Source of the DNA: Thermoplasmata archaeon
GTDB lineage: Archaea > Thermoplasmatota > E2 > JACPAO01 > JAHFTW01
DNA: 64,000 nt
Assembly (NCBI GenBank): GCA_034667725.1
Contig: JAXDQS010000003.1
Location: forward strand, 448,001 to 512,000
Direction: 5' to 3'
The translations under genes and the position numbers were made by a program. Positions 19,079-28,294 of the stretch are shown here, piece after piece. How positions within the stretch are numbered: position 1 is the stretch's first letter; every line of letters begins with the position of its first letter. The notes under the pieces were generated by a model that was given only the letters and a program-made list of their open reading frames with translations, was not told the DNA's origin and made no database searches.

Positions 19079-19529
19079 TCGAGTAGCTGGCCCCAAGCTG
19101 CGCCATTCCCTCGACGGCGACCCGCGCCGTGCCGGCCGGCACCCTGCCCTCGGGAGCCTCGGGGATGCGCTCGCCCGCGTCGTCAAGCCACACCAGGCAG
19201 GCGCCGGCGGCGTTGAGGTCCGCCGAGCTCACCGACGGCCCCTCGTAAGTGCGGTTCCATGCCGCCTGCGGCACGGGCTGGAGGTCCTGGCCCGCCGGCA
19301 GCTCACCCGGCTGCTGGCTGTCCGGCAGCACGCACGGGCCGACGCTGTCGAGGGTGCCGTTGATGTAGATGGGCGCCAGCGCGGTGGCGATGGCGATCAC
19401 CATGCCCGAGGTGGCGTCTTGGGGTTGGCTGCCCCCGGTGGCCGCGTCGGTCGTGGAGGCCGCGAGGTCGTCGGACGGGCCGGTGCAGCCGGCAAGCAGG
19501 AGGCAGGCGAGCAGGAACGCAGCGCGCAT
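19065..19529 (-). CDS. Hypothetical lipoprotein
   Basis: MRAAFLLACLLLAGC lipobox signal. Confidence 0.7.
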   Translation of the reverse strand: MRAAFLLACLLLAGCTGPSDDLAASTTDAATGGSQPQDATSGMVIAIATALAPIYINGTLDSVGPCVLPDSQQPGELPAGQDLQPVPQAAWNRTYEGPSVSSADLNAAGACLVWLDDAGERIPEAPEGRVPAGTARVAVEGMAQLGASYSIKVA

Positions 19530-19628
19530 GACGCTGGAGCCGCCTCTCGACCTACTTGAGCAGATTGGCGGCCATGTGGCGCCGGACGGTTCCGCAACGC
19601 CCATGAGCCCACGCCCCGCTCGGAGGCC

Positions 19629-19781
19629 ATGGCCCCGGCCCCCGACCCGAAGGTGAACGTGAACCGCGCCGACAAGACCGGCGACGACCGCATGGCGATG
19701 TTCCGGGAGCTGGCGAAGCACACCAAGCCCACGGGGCCGTCGGCCAAGGGCAAGAGCAGCGACGGCAGCGAAGAGGAGTAA
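19629..19781 (+). CDS. 50-aa micro-protein ending in EEE
   Basis: GGAGG Shine-Dalgarno, then MAPAPDPKVNVNRADKTGDDRMAMFRELAKHTKPTGPSAKGKSSDGSEEE. Confidence 0.6.
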   Translation: MAPAPDPKVNVNRADKTGDDRMAMFRELAKHTKPTGPSAKGKSSDGSEEE

Positions 19782-19789
19782 GCGGGCGA

Positions 19790-20041
19790 CTGGACACAGA
19801 TTCCCCAGACCTCTGTGGGAATCTTCCGAATCTGAGGGAATCCGTGCTCGTCGCGGCCGCAACTAGACACAGATTCCACAGAGTTCTGTGGGAATCTTCC
19901 GAATCTGAGCGAATCGGTGCCCGTCGGGTGACCGACGCACACAGATTCCATAGACCCTGACTTTGGTTCTGGCGGGGCCTAGCCAAAAATTCCACAGGGT
20001 TCTGTGGGAATCTTCCAAATCTGGGAAAATCAGTGCCCGTC
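19790..20041. repeat. Repeat cluster in reverse orientation (units 19790-19852 and 19863-19925, long variant 19938-20041)
   Basis: Reverse complement of the 63-bp consensus; third copy carries an insert of about 45 bp. Confidence 0.95.
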
Positions 20042-20049
20042 CCGCGCCT

Positions 20050-21495
20050 TCACTCTTCCTCGCCGTCCCCGCCCATCGCGTCCCGGATCTCCGCCTCGGC
20101 CTCCGCCGCCGTCCCGCCCAGGGCCTTGGCGGCCCGCCGTGCCGCCTTGTCGTCCAGCTCCTCTTGGGTCTTGTGGGCGCCGAGGTAGAACTTCGCGCCG
20201 ATCTTGCGGTACCACTTGTAGGCGGCGCCTTCCTTGCGGGTGCGGCTGCCGAAGTAGAGGTGGCGGCGCGTCACCTCGCCCAGCCACTCCTCGGGGACCT
20301 GCAGGAACCGGTTGGGGTCCTTGTTGAGCTCGACGATGACGCGGCGCACGGCCACCATGGCGTCCGCCTCCGACAGGCCGCGGTCCTCCAGGCGCTCGGC
20401 GTGGTTGCGCTCCAGCATGGCCTCCTCGATGACCTCCAGCAGGCGGTAGAACAGTTGTCCGCGCTTCTGGGTCTTGACGGGGCGGAAGTGGCGCAGCAGC
20501 AGCTTGTCGTCGGACTGGAGCTTCTGCATCGGCCCGGCGTGGGCGAAGAACAGGGTCTTGGTGACCTCGGCGGGGTCGGGGTCGCCGGTCTTGCGGTGCG
20601 CCGTGAGGTAGCGTTCGACCAGGACATGCGGGTCGGGGCTCACCTGCAGCGCCTCCGCCACCTCGGGCCCCACCTTGGCGCCGGACAGGCCGGCGCGCAG
20701 GTGCTTGATGGCCTCCTCGGCGGGCGTCGGCTTGGCGCTGGCCGGCTTGGCCACGGGCTCGGACGGCTCCGTGGGGGCCGCGCCTTCGACGGGCGGGGCG
20801 GGCTCCGGGTCGCCTTGGCCGGCCTCCAGCACCAGCTCGCCGGCGATCTCCACTTCCTTGAGGCGGTCGAACCAGCCGTTGGCCTTGGCCGCCTCCAAGG
20901 CCTGCTCGGGGCCGCGGCGGGACAGCTGGACGGAGCCGGGCGGGAGCCGCAGCAGCCGCTCGTCGACGTCCTCCTTGCGGCGCGACCGAACAAGCTCTGC
21001 CACTTCGAGGTAGGCCTTCGGCGTCAGGTTGCGGTTCGCGATCGCCAGCAGCCGGGTCTTGTCGAGGGTGCCGTCGGACCACATCTGGTGGTAGACCGGC
21101 GGGAGGAACAGCAGGTTGCGCGCCGCCACCGCCTGCGGCCCGCCCGTCCACTCCTTGGCCGCCTGGGTGTGGCTCTGCTGCGTCCGCTGGCAATGCAGGT
21201 TGTACGCCAGCGCCTGCACGAAGGGATCCTCGATGTAGGGCACCAGGCGCACGGGCAGCTGGTCGAGGGCGAACCGCACCGCCGTCGACTCGCCGGCCTC
21301 GACCCGCTGCAATTCGGCCCGCAGCGCCGCCTCGCAGCGCTCCACGACGTCCGCCACCGCCCCGCGCAGCAGCCGGTCGCCGGCGCGCAGGGTCTCGATG
21401 GCGCGCTCGACGTGGCGCGCGAACAGCCTGTGCTGCGCCGGGTTGAGGCGGGGCAACGGACCCTGGATGGCCTGCGCTACAAAGACCTCTCGCAC
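20050..21495 (-). CDS. Hypothetical protein (481 aa, helical, ends DGEEE)
   Basis: Protein-like composition and GC-biased third positions; no family recognised. Confidence 0.75.
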   Translation of the reverse strand: MREVFVAQAIQGPLPRLNPAQHRLFARHVERAIETLRAGDRLLRGAVADVVERCEAALRAELQRVEAGESTAVRFALDQLPVRLVPYIEDPFVQALAYNLHCQRTQQSHTQAAKEWTGGPQAVAARNLLFLPPVYHQMWSDGTLDKTRLLAIANRNLTPKAYLEVAELVRSRRKEDVDERLLRLPPGSVQLSRRGPEQALEAAKANGWFDRLKEVEIAGELVLEAGQGDPEPAPPVEGAAPTEPSEPVAKPASAKPTPAEEAIKHLRAGLSGAKVGPEVAEALQVSPDPHVLVERYLTAHRKTGDPDPAEVTKTLFFAHAGPMQKLQSDDKLLLRHFRPVKTQKRGQLFYRLLEVIEEAMLERNHAERLEDRGLSEADAMVAVRRVIVELNKDPNRFLQVPEEWLGEVTRRHLYFGSRTRKEGAAYKWYRKIGAKFYLGAHKTQEELDDKAARRAAKALGGTAAEAEAEIRDAMGGDGEEE

Positions 21496-21536
21496 GGCGG
21501 CGGCAGCCTTGAAGCGGTCGCGCCCGTTGCGCCGGC

Positions 21537-22307
21537 ATGGCGTCCTCGTTCCGCGCCGACCTCCTGGACGGCAAGGCGGCCGTCGTCACCGGCGGGGGCT
21601 CCGGCATCGGCCTCGCCATCGCGCAGGCGTTGGCGGGCCACGGCGCCACCGTCACCGTCGCAAGCCGCGACGCCGCCCGCCTTGCCGCGGCCGCGCAGCG
21701 CATCGGGTCGCGAGCCCGGGCGCACGCGTGCGACGTGCGCGACGCGGCCGCGGTGGCGCGGCTGGCGAAGGCGGTGGGGCCTGCGGACATCGTCGTGAAC
21801 GCGGCGGCCGGCAACTTCCCGGCGCCGTTCTCGGCGATGAGCGAGAACGCCTGGCGCACGGTGGTGGACATCGTGCTGCACGGCACCGCCAACGTCTGCC
21901 GCTCCTTCGGGCCGGCCCTGCGCGACGGCGCCTCCGTGGTCAACGTGGTCGCGGGTTACGCTTGGACGGGCGCGCCGGGCGTCAGCCACTCGGGGGCAGC
22001 CAAGGCCGGTGTGCTGAACCTCACCAAGAGCCTGGCCGTCGAATGGGCGCCGCGGGCGCGGGTCAACGCCGTGAGCCCCGGCCCCATCGACGGCACCGAG
22101 GGCATCCGGCGCCTTGCCGATGACCTGGGGCTTCGGGCGCAGATGGAGGCGGCCGTGCCGATGCGGCGGATGGGGACGCCGGAGGAGGTCGCGCAGGCGT
22201 GCCTGTTCCTCGCGAGCCCAGCGGCCAGCTACGTCACCGGCACGTGCCTGGTGGTGGACGGCGGCATGGACGCCAAGGGGCCGTTTGGGTCGCTGCTCTT
22301 AGGCTAG
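21537..22307 (+). CDS. SDR oxidoreductase (2,4-dienoyl-CoA reductase-like)
   Basis: TGGGSGIG, NAAAGNF, HSGAAKAG, SLAVEW, PGPI. Confidence 0.9.
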   Translation: MASSFRADLLDGKAAVVTGGGSGIGLAIAQALAGHGATVTVASRDAARLAAAAQRIGSRARAHACDVRDAAAVARLAKAVGPADIVVNAAAGNFPAPFSAMSENAWRTVVDIVLHGTANVCRSFGPALRDGASVVNVVAGYAWTGAPGVSHSGAAKAGVLNLTKSLAVEWAPRARVNAVSPGPIDGTEGIRRLADDLGLRAQMEAAVPMRRMGTPEEVAQACLFLASPAASYVTGTCLVVDGGMDAKGPFGSLLLG

Positions 22308-23740
22308 CCCTGCGTGGGCATGAACACGCCGACGTCCTCGTCCGCCAGCAGCCGCACGCCGCCCGCCTGCCGCGCGAACTGCGGGTGGCTGATGACGTCG
22401 CTCGGCGCCGCCGCCGTGTTGCTCCAAGCCCCCAGCAGCCAGCCGTCGGCGTCGATGGTGGTCTCGAAGAAGTCGCCCAGGCGGCGGTCGCCGGCGGGGT
22501 CGCCCAAGGCGGCGTCGGCCTCGCAGGTCGTGCCTTGCTGGCAGATGGGGCCGACGTGGATCGGGTCGGGCGTGAACGGCACCACCGTCACCGACGGCGA
22601 CGCGCCGGTGGCGTCCAGCACGAAGGCCGTGTAGACGCGCCACTCGCCCGCGTAGGACTCGCTGGGGTCGTCGTCGACGCTGCCGATCCAGGAGACGGCG
22701 AACCGGCCGGCGGAGCCCGCCGAAATCCACGGCCAGACATAGGTGCCGTTGCCCGCCAACCCGAGGCCGAGGCGCGCGTGCGGCGTGAGGTCGAAGACCC
22801 ACGGCCAGGTGGCGCCCTCGTCGGGGGTGCCGGCGGCCCACAGGCCGTGCTCGCCTTGGGCCCAGGCGGTCCAGACGTTGCCGGCGGCGTCGAGGGCGGG
22901 CTCGGTCATCATGCGGGCGCCGCCGTCGGAGGCGTTGACGGGGGCGCGGGGCTCGCTCCAAGTGCGGCCGCCGTCGGTCGAGACCGTGATGCCGGTGCCG
23001 TTGCAGCCTTGGACGAGGTGGCCGTTGCGGGCGTCGGCGACCACGTCGGAGTTGCACGGGGTGTTGCCGCGGTCCTCCCAGGTGAGGCCCATGTCGGTGC
23101 TGGCGCGGAAGTCGGCGCCGGGCCCGAAGTAGTTGGCCGTGAAGTAGAGCTCGCCCTGGTAGGAGGCGAGCCACTGCCGGTCGACGGGGCCGCCGGAGGC
23201 CAGCGGGTTGCCGGTGAGCCAGGTGCGGCCGTCGTCGAGGCTGCACGCGACGCTTGCGGCGGCGAGGGCCTCCAGGTCGGTGGTGCAGACGGTGCCGTCG
23301 GCCAGGACCGTGAACTCGGGGTCGGAGACGCCGGCGCCGGGGCCGCGGGGGCCTTCCTCCATCTCGTTGAGGCCGACGTGCGTCCAGGTGGCGCCGTGGT
23401 CGGTGCTGCGCCACAGGAAACTCTGGCCCGCGTAGGGCGTCAAGAGCTCCTCGGGAAGCGGGTCGTCGCCCGGCCGGTAGTGGGTGAAGCCGGGATGCGC
23501 CGACACCAGGATGGTGCCCGAGGGCAGGACCGCGACGACGGGCTCGCCGCCGGCGCGCACGGTGTCGACCAGGACGGGGGCCGCGAACACGGGCAGGTCG
23601 GAAAGCGGCAGTCCCGTGAAGCCGGGCACGGCAGGGAGGCGCTCGACCTCCGCCGGCGGCTGGGGCGCGTCGTCGGGCTGGGTCTGGATGCAGCCCGCCA
23701 AGAGGGCAAGGACGAGGCAGGCGGCGGCCAGGAGGCGCAT
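22304..23740 (-). CDS. Lipoprotein with BNR/Asp-box repeats
   Basis: LLAGC; STDHGATW, SLDDGRTW, STDMGLTW, STDGGRTW, TPDEGATW. Confidence 0.85.
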   Translation of the reverse strand: MRLLAAACLVLALLAGCIQTQPDDAPQPPAEVERLPAVPGFTGLPLSDLPVFAAPVLVDTVRAGGEPVVAVLPSGTILVSAHPGFTHYRPGDDPLPEELLTPYAGQSFLWRSTDHGATWTHVGLNEMEEGPRGPGAGVSDPEFTVLADGTVCTTDLEALAAASVACSLDDGRTWLTGNPLASGGPVDRQWLASYQGELYFTANYFGPGADFRASTDMGLTWEDRGNTPCNSDVVADARNGHLVQGCNGTGITVSTDGGRTWSEPRAPVNASDGGARMMTEPALDAAGNVWTAWAQGEHGLWAAGTPDEGATWPWVFDLTPHARLGLGLAGNGTYVWPWISAGSAGRFAVSWIGSVDDDPSESYAGEWRVYTAFVLDATGASPSVTVVPFTPDPIHVGPICQQGTTCEADAALGDPAGDRRLGDFFETTIDADGWLLGAWSNTAAAPSDVISHPQFARQAGGVRLLADEDVGVFMPTQG

Positions 23741-23818
23741 GGAGGCGACTCCCAAGCGGCGGGCATAATGGTTGTGGCGGGGCGCGCAACTTTTCCCCCC
23801 GCCCTGGGTGGCCGCGGC

Positions 23819-24685
23819 ATGGAGGCCTCGATCGGCGCCACGCTCGTCACCGTGGCGATCCTGCTGTTCGGGGCGCTTCCGCTCTCGGCCGCCCTCACCC
23901 TGCTGCTGTTCTTCCCCCTGCGGGGCTGGGTGTGGGGCCGGGCCCATGCCGCCCGCGTGCTGCACCGCCACGGCATCGCGCTCGTGGCCTTGGTGGCGAT
24001 GCTGGTGCCGGAGAACCTCGAGTCCTGGATCGACCCGGAGGTGACGGCGATGCTGCCGTGGCGGGACGCGCCGACCGCCTTCATCGCCTCCTACGAGGGC
24101 GGCTTCCACGCCTGGCTCCAGGCCCTCCCCGGCCAGACCTTCCTGCTGCCCGTCCTGGCCGTCGTCTACCTCGCCGGCTTCCCCTACATCATCATCGCCG
24201 CCGTCGTGCATGGCGTCTGGCGCGACGACGGCGCCCGCGCCCGCCAGGCCGCCGCCGCCTACGCCCTCTGCTTCGCCATCGCGCTGCCGTTCTACCTGCT
24301 AGTGCCGGTCGACGAGGTCTGGCACCATTTCGGCCCCGGCAACGACGGCCCCGTCCGCCAGCTTGCCATGCAGCAGTACCCGCTGGTGCGCGACCACCTG
24401 TACGCCTTCAACGAGGTCAACAACTGCCTGCCCAGCCTGCACACCGCCATCAGCGTCGCCATGGCCTTGATCGTGCGCGGCACCCCGCGCTTCGGCAGGT
24501 TCGCGGCCGTCCTGGCCGGCCTCATCGTCGCTTCCACGATGTACCTGGGCATCCATTGGGTGACCGACGTCGTGGCCGGCCTGGGGCTCGCCTGGCTGGC
24601 CGTCTTCCTTGCTCGCCGCTTTTATCCTGCACAGGAAACCCTTCCCGTCGAAGCAACGGCCGAAGCCTCGTCGGATGGCTTATAG
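23819..24685 (+). CDS. PAP2/AUR1-family membrane phosphoesterase or phosphotransferase
   Basis: NCLPSLH and STMYLGIHWVTD motifs; multiple TM helices. Confidence 0.85.
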   Translation: MEASIGATLVTVAILLFGALPLSAALTLLLFFPLRGWVWGRAHAARVLHRHGIALVALVAMLVPENLESWIDPEVTAMLPWRDAPTAFIASYEGGFHAWLQALPGQTFLLPVLAVVYLAGFPYIIIAAVVHGVWRDDGARARQAAAAYALCFAIALPFYLLVPVDEVWHHFGPGNDGPVRQLAMQQYPLVRDHLYAFNEVNNCLPSLHTAISVAMALIVRGTPRFGRFAAVLAGLIVASTMYLGIHWVTDVVAGLGLAWLAVFLARRFYPAQETLPVEATAEASSDGL

Positions 24686-24739
24686 CCGGCCCCCGGTCTT
24701 GAAGGGCATCCGGCGCCCCCGCGGCGCCGTCGTGCTCGC

Positions 24740-25318
24740 ATGGCCGATCCCGCTTGGTCCGTCTTGGTGCGGGCGCATCCGCTGGCCATGCTGGTCATGG
24801 TGTTCCTGCTGGACGGCCTCGGCATCCCCCTGATGCCCGAGATCGCCATGCTCCTGGCCTTCGGCACCGACCCGACCTGGCAATGGGGCCTGACCATCGT
24901 CGCCCTCGCCGTCGCCTTGGAGGTCCTCGCCACCGCCCTCGTCTGGGGCGTCCTGGGCGCCATCGGCCTCCCCCGCCGCCTCCAGCGCGTCATGGACACC
25001 TACGCCGGCGCCATGCTGGTCAGCGACGAGCGCCTGCTCTTGGTCAACCGCTTCGTCCCCGTCCTCCCCGTCGTCGGCGCCTTCATCCGGGCCCGCCAGT
25101 GGCGCGTCGGCCTCAGCCTGTTCTACGTCGGCCTCGGCTCCGCCATCAAGTACGGGTTGCTGGTGACGCTTGCCGGCGCGGCCTACGAGTACTTCTCCAG
25201 CGCCTGGGCGTTGGGCATCAGCCTCGGCCTGGCCGGCGCCTTCATCGCGGTGTCGTGGGGCTTCGCGATGCGGCGCTGGTGGGTCGGGCGGCGCGACCAG
25301 GCGCCTGAGGCTGCGTAA
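24740..25318 (+). CDS. Membrane protein (DedA-like)
   Basis: DGLGIPLMPE and NRFVPVL resemble DedA motifs; hydrophobic. Confidence 0.7.
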   Translation: MADPAWSVLVRAHPLAMLVMVFLLDGLGIPLMPEIAMLLAFGTDPTWQWGLTIVALAVALEVLATALVWGVLGAIGLPRRLQRVMDTYAGAMLVSDERLLLVNRFVPVLPVVGAFIRARQWRVGLSLFYVGLGSAIKYGLLVTLAGAAYEYFSSAWALGISLGLAGAFIAVSWGFAMRRWWVGRRDQAPEAA

Positions 25319-25339
25319 GGAAACCGACCTCACCGCCAA

Positions 25340-25519
25340 CTGGACACAGATTCCACGGACCTTCTGTGGGAATCTTCCGAATCTGTGCGAATCAGTGCTC
25401 GTCGCGGGGCCGACTGAGCACAGATTCCACAGACCCTGGCTTTGGTCCTGGCGGGGCCCAGCCAAAAAATTCAACAGAGTTCTGTGGGAATCTTCCGAAT
25501 CTGTGCGAATCAGTGCCCG
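25340..25519. repeat. Repeat cluster in reverse orientation (unit 25340-25403, long variant 25418-25519)
   Basis: Same consensus, and the same insert as 19938-20041. Confidence 0.95.
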
Positions 25520-25592
25520 GTTCCGTGGGTGCCTTGCCAACCCTGGACGCACGGAAGCCCACCGGAGACCCAGCGTTCCATCGGTGCGTCCA

Positions 25593-26951
25593 TCAGACCA
25601 GCTTGAGGACTTCCATGCCGCGGCCCAGGTCGCCGGTGAAGACGTAGCCGTTCCAGGCGCGGGCGTTCCAGGTGTTGATGCCCTCGGCCTGGTACTGGTC
25701 CAGCATGACGGGGGCCTTGGGGTCCGAGAAGTCGATCAGCAGCACGCCGGCGGAGTACCAGGCGATGACGATCTTGTCCTCGCCGGGCAGGACGGTGCCG
25801 AAGTGGGCCGTGCAGTTGGGGACCGCGGTGTAGGCGCTGCCCGCGGCCTGGCCGGCGACACTAGGATCTTGGTGGGGCTCGGTCGGCACGGCGGGCGCCT
25901 GCGGGGCGACGGTGGGCGGGGAGATCCAGCTCAGCATCACCGGGTCGGCCGGGTTCGAGATGTCGTAGAACCACAAGGCGCCCAGCGGCGTGGACAAGCC
26001 CGTCGTCTCCTCCTGGGCGAAGCAGGCGCCGGGGTTGCCGCCGCCGCGGTGCTCGTCGCCGATCAGCAGGATGTCGCCGTCGTTCGAGGCGGCCGCGAAG
26101 TGGTGCAGGTTGCGCGCCGGCGTCGTCCCGATGCCCGTCGGGTTGGGCGGGATGGGCGGGTTGGCGATGGGGGAGCCGACGATGGGCGAGTCCAGGTCCG
26201 ACACGAAGCCGAGGAGCTTGATGTTGAAGTCGCGCTTGGTGACGTCGAGCTCGGTCAGGTCCCAGATCTCGGTGCGCTGGATGGCGGCGCAGTAGGCGCG
26301 CAGCGTGCCCTGGCCGAAGACGCCGCTGAAGGTGGTGCCGTGGCAGCCGTGGGTGCCGAAGTCGCCCAGGATGCGCGGGTTGTAAGGGTCGGAGGCGTCG
26401 ATGAGCGCGTTCGAGCCGCCCACACCCTTGGACGGGTTGTTGAAGACGTACTCGGTGCCGGGGACGACGGCGATGTTGTGGTTCGCCTCGAACTCGACGA
26501 TGCTGGCAAACCTGGGGTTGTGGACGTCGGTGACGTCCCAGAAGTGCATGCCGTTGGTCTGGGTCGCAAGCACGAGGGTGCGGCGGCCGTCGGGGTGCGC
26601 GATGACGTCCGCCTTGCGGCTGTAGGGCGTCTCGGAGTCGTCGGGGCTGTCGTAGACCAGCTTGGGGTGGGTCGGGTCCGAGATGTCGGCGATGAAGAAG
26701 CCCTCGTTCTGCGCGGAGCCGAAGACGTAGTCGCCGGCCACGACGTTGCCCGAGCCGATCGGGTAGGCGGTGCCGTTGTCCCACGTGAGGCGGGCGACGG
26801 GCTCGAGGCCGACGGCGCGGGGCGGCTGGACCGAGGCGAAGCTGGGCTCCATGCTGAAGCCGGCGGGCTGCGGGGGCAGCGGCTCGTCGGGGTTGGTGCA
26901 GCCGGCCAGGAGAGCGGTGGCCAGGAGAAGGACAGGCAGAAGGGCGCGCAT
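25593..26951 (-). CDS. LVIVD-repeat beta-propeller lipoprotein
   Basis: LLAGC; repeated I/F-x-D-[IV]-[ST]-D-P-x-x-P; C-terminal GDLGRGMEVL. Confidence 0.85.
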   Translation of the reverse strand: MRALLPVLLLATALLAGCTNPDEPLPPQPAGFSMEPSFASVQPPRAVGLEPVARLTWDNGTAYPIGSGNVVAGDYVFGSAQNEGFFIADISDPTHPKLVYDSPDDSETPYSRKADVIAHPDGRRTLVLATQTNGMHFWDVTDVHNPRFASIVEFEANHNIAVVPGTEYVFNNPSKGVGGSNALIDASDPYNPRILGDFGTHGCHGTTFSGVFGQGTLRAYCAAIQRTEIWDLTELDVTKRDFNIKLLGFVSDLDSPIVGSPIANPPIPPNPTGIGTTPARNLHHFAAASNDGDILLIGDEHRGGGNPGACFAQEETTGLSTPLGALWFYDISNPADPVMLSWISPPTVAPQAPAVPTEPHQDPSVAGQAAGSAYTAVPNCTAHFGTVLPGEDKIVIAWYSAGVLLIDFSDPKAPVMLDQYQAEGINTWNARAWNGYVFTGDLGRGMEVLKLV

Positions 26952-27002
26952 CAGGGCCGAGGTCGGATGGGGGGGCAAAAGCGTTGCGGCAGTTGGACGG
27001 CC

Positions 27003-28235
27003 TTAGACCAGCGCCAGCACGTCCAGCCCGCGCTGCGAGTCGGCGGCGTACACGTGCCCTTCGTGGTAGCGTGCCTCCCACACCGAGGTCGGGGCGGCCT
27101 GGTGGACGGCGGCCACCTGGCGGGCCGCGGCGGGGTCGCTGAAGTCGACGAGGACGGTGCCGCCGGCGTACCAGCCGAGGACGATGAGGTCGTGGCCGTC
27201 GATGACGTCGCCCAGGTGCGTGCTGCAGTAGGCCGTCGGGCCGGGGGTCTCCTGGGCGCCGACCTGGTCGTACTCGAGCTGGAAGTAGCCGACGGGGGTC
27301 GGGTCGGCCAGGTCGGAGATGTCGAAGAACCAGAGCGCCGAGGTCGGGTAGCCGGCGGTGTCGGAGCAGGGCGGGGAGGGGGTCAGCACGCCCGCGAACT
27401 CGTCGCCCAGCACCAGCAGGGTGCCGTTGCGCGCGTCCCAGACGCCGTGGTGGATGTTGGTGCCGGGCCAGTCGATGACCTGCTGGATGACCGGGTTCAG
27501 CGGGTCGGTCGTGTCCCAGATCATGGTGTCCGAGACGCCGGCGCAGTAGGCGCGGTGCAGCTCGGCGTTGAAGGTCATCTCGTGGCAGGTGGTGGCGGTG
27601 ACGGGGCGGGGCGTGCCGCCGACGGTCACGACGACGGCCGGGAACGGGAACACCTTGACCGTCGGCTTGGCGGGGTCGGTGAAGTCGAGGATATCCACTT
27701 GGCCGGTCTCGCCGGCGCCGGGGACGTGGGTGCTGATGCTGCGCGAGTTGTAGACGACGGCGGTGCCGGGCACGACGGCGATGGTGTGCGAGCCAGGCAG
27801 GTCCACCGTGGTGACGACGAAGGGCGCTTCGGGCTGGGTCACGTCCACCAAGAGGACCGAGGCGAGGCCGCCGTTGGCCATGACGGCGTACCGGTGCCCG
27901 TTGGGGTGCAGGAAGACCTCGACGTCGCGGGTGTTCTCGGTGCCGTCGGCGCCGCTGGAGACCAGGACGGGGGCCGTCGGGTCGGAGACGTCCACGATGC
28001 GCAGGCCCGCGCTGCCCGACTGGTAGACGAGGTCGCGGTCCGCCTCGATCCAGATGCCCAGCGTGCTGTTGCCCTCCGCGTTCAGGAGGAACTGCATCCC
28101 GGTGAGGGGCTCGGGCACGCCGAGGGGGGCTTGCGCGGCGGGCGGGGACTCGGTCGGCGGCGCCGTCGGGTCGTCCTGGACGCTGATGCAGCCGGCGGCC
28201 AGGAGGGCGGCAAGAAGGACAAGGAGGGCGCGCAC
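27003..28235 (-). CDS. LVIVD-repeat beta-propeller lipoprotein (paralog of neighbour)
   Basis: LAAGC; IVDVSDP repeats; ADSQRGLDVL; GTG start inferred. Confidence 0.85.
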   Translation of the reverse strand: MRALLVLLAALLAAGCISVQDDPTAPPTESPPAAQAPLGVPEPLTGMQFLLNAEGNSTLGIWIEADRDLVYQSGSAGLRIVDVSDPTAPVLVSSGADGTENTRDVEVFLHPNGHRYAVMANGGLASVLLVDVTQPEAPFVVTTVDLPGSHTIAVVPGTAVVYNSRSISTHVPGAGETGQVDILDFTDPAKPTVKVFPFPAVVVTVGGTPRPVTATTCHEMTFNAELHRAYCAGVSDTMIWDTTDPLNPVIQQVIDWPGTNIHHGVWDARNGTLLVLGDEFAGVLTPSPPCSDTAGYPTSALWFFDISDLADPTPVGYFQLEYDQVGAQETPGPTAYCSTHLGDVIDGHDLIVLGWYAGGTVLVDFSDPAAARQVAAVHQAAPTSVWEARYHEGHVYAADSQRGLDVLALV

Positions 28236-28294
28236 GGGCTCGCGACGGGGAGCGCGGGGCAAGACCGTTTCGGCCGCCCTGGCGCCCTGGCACC

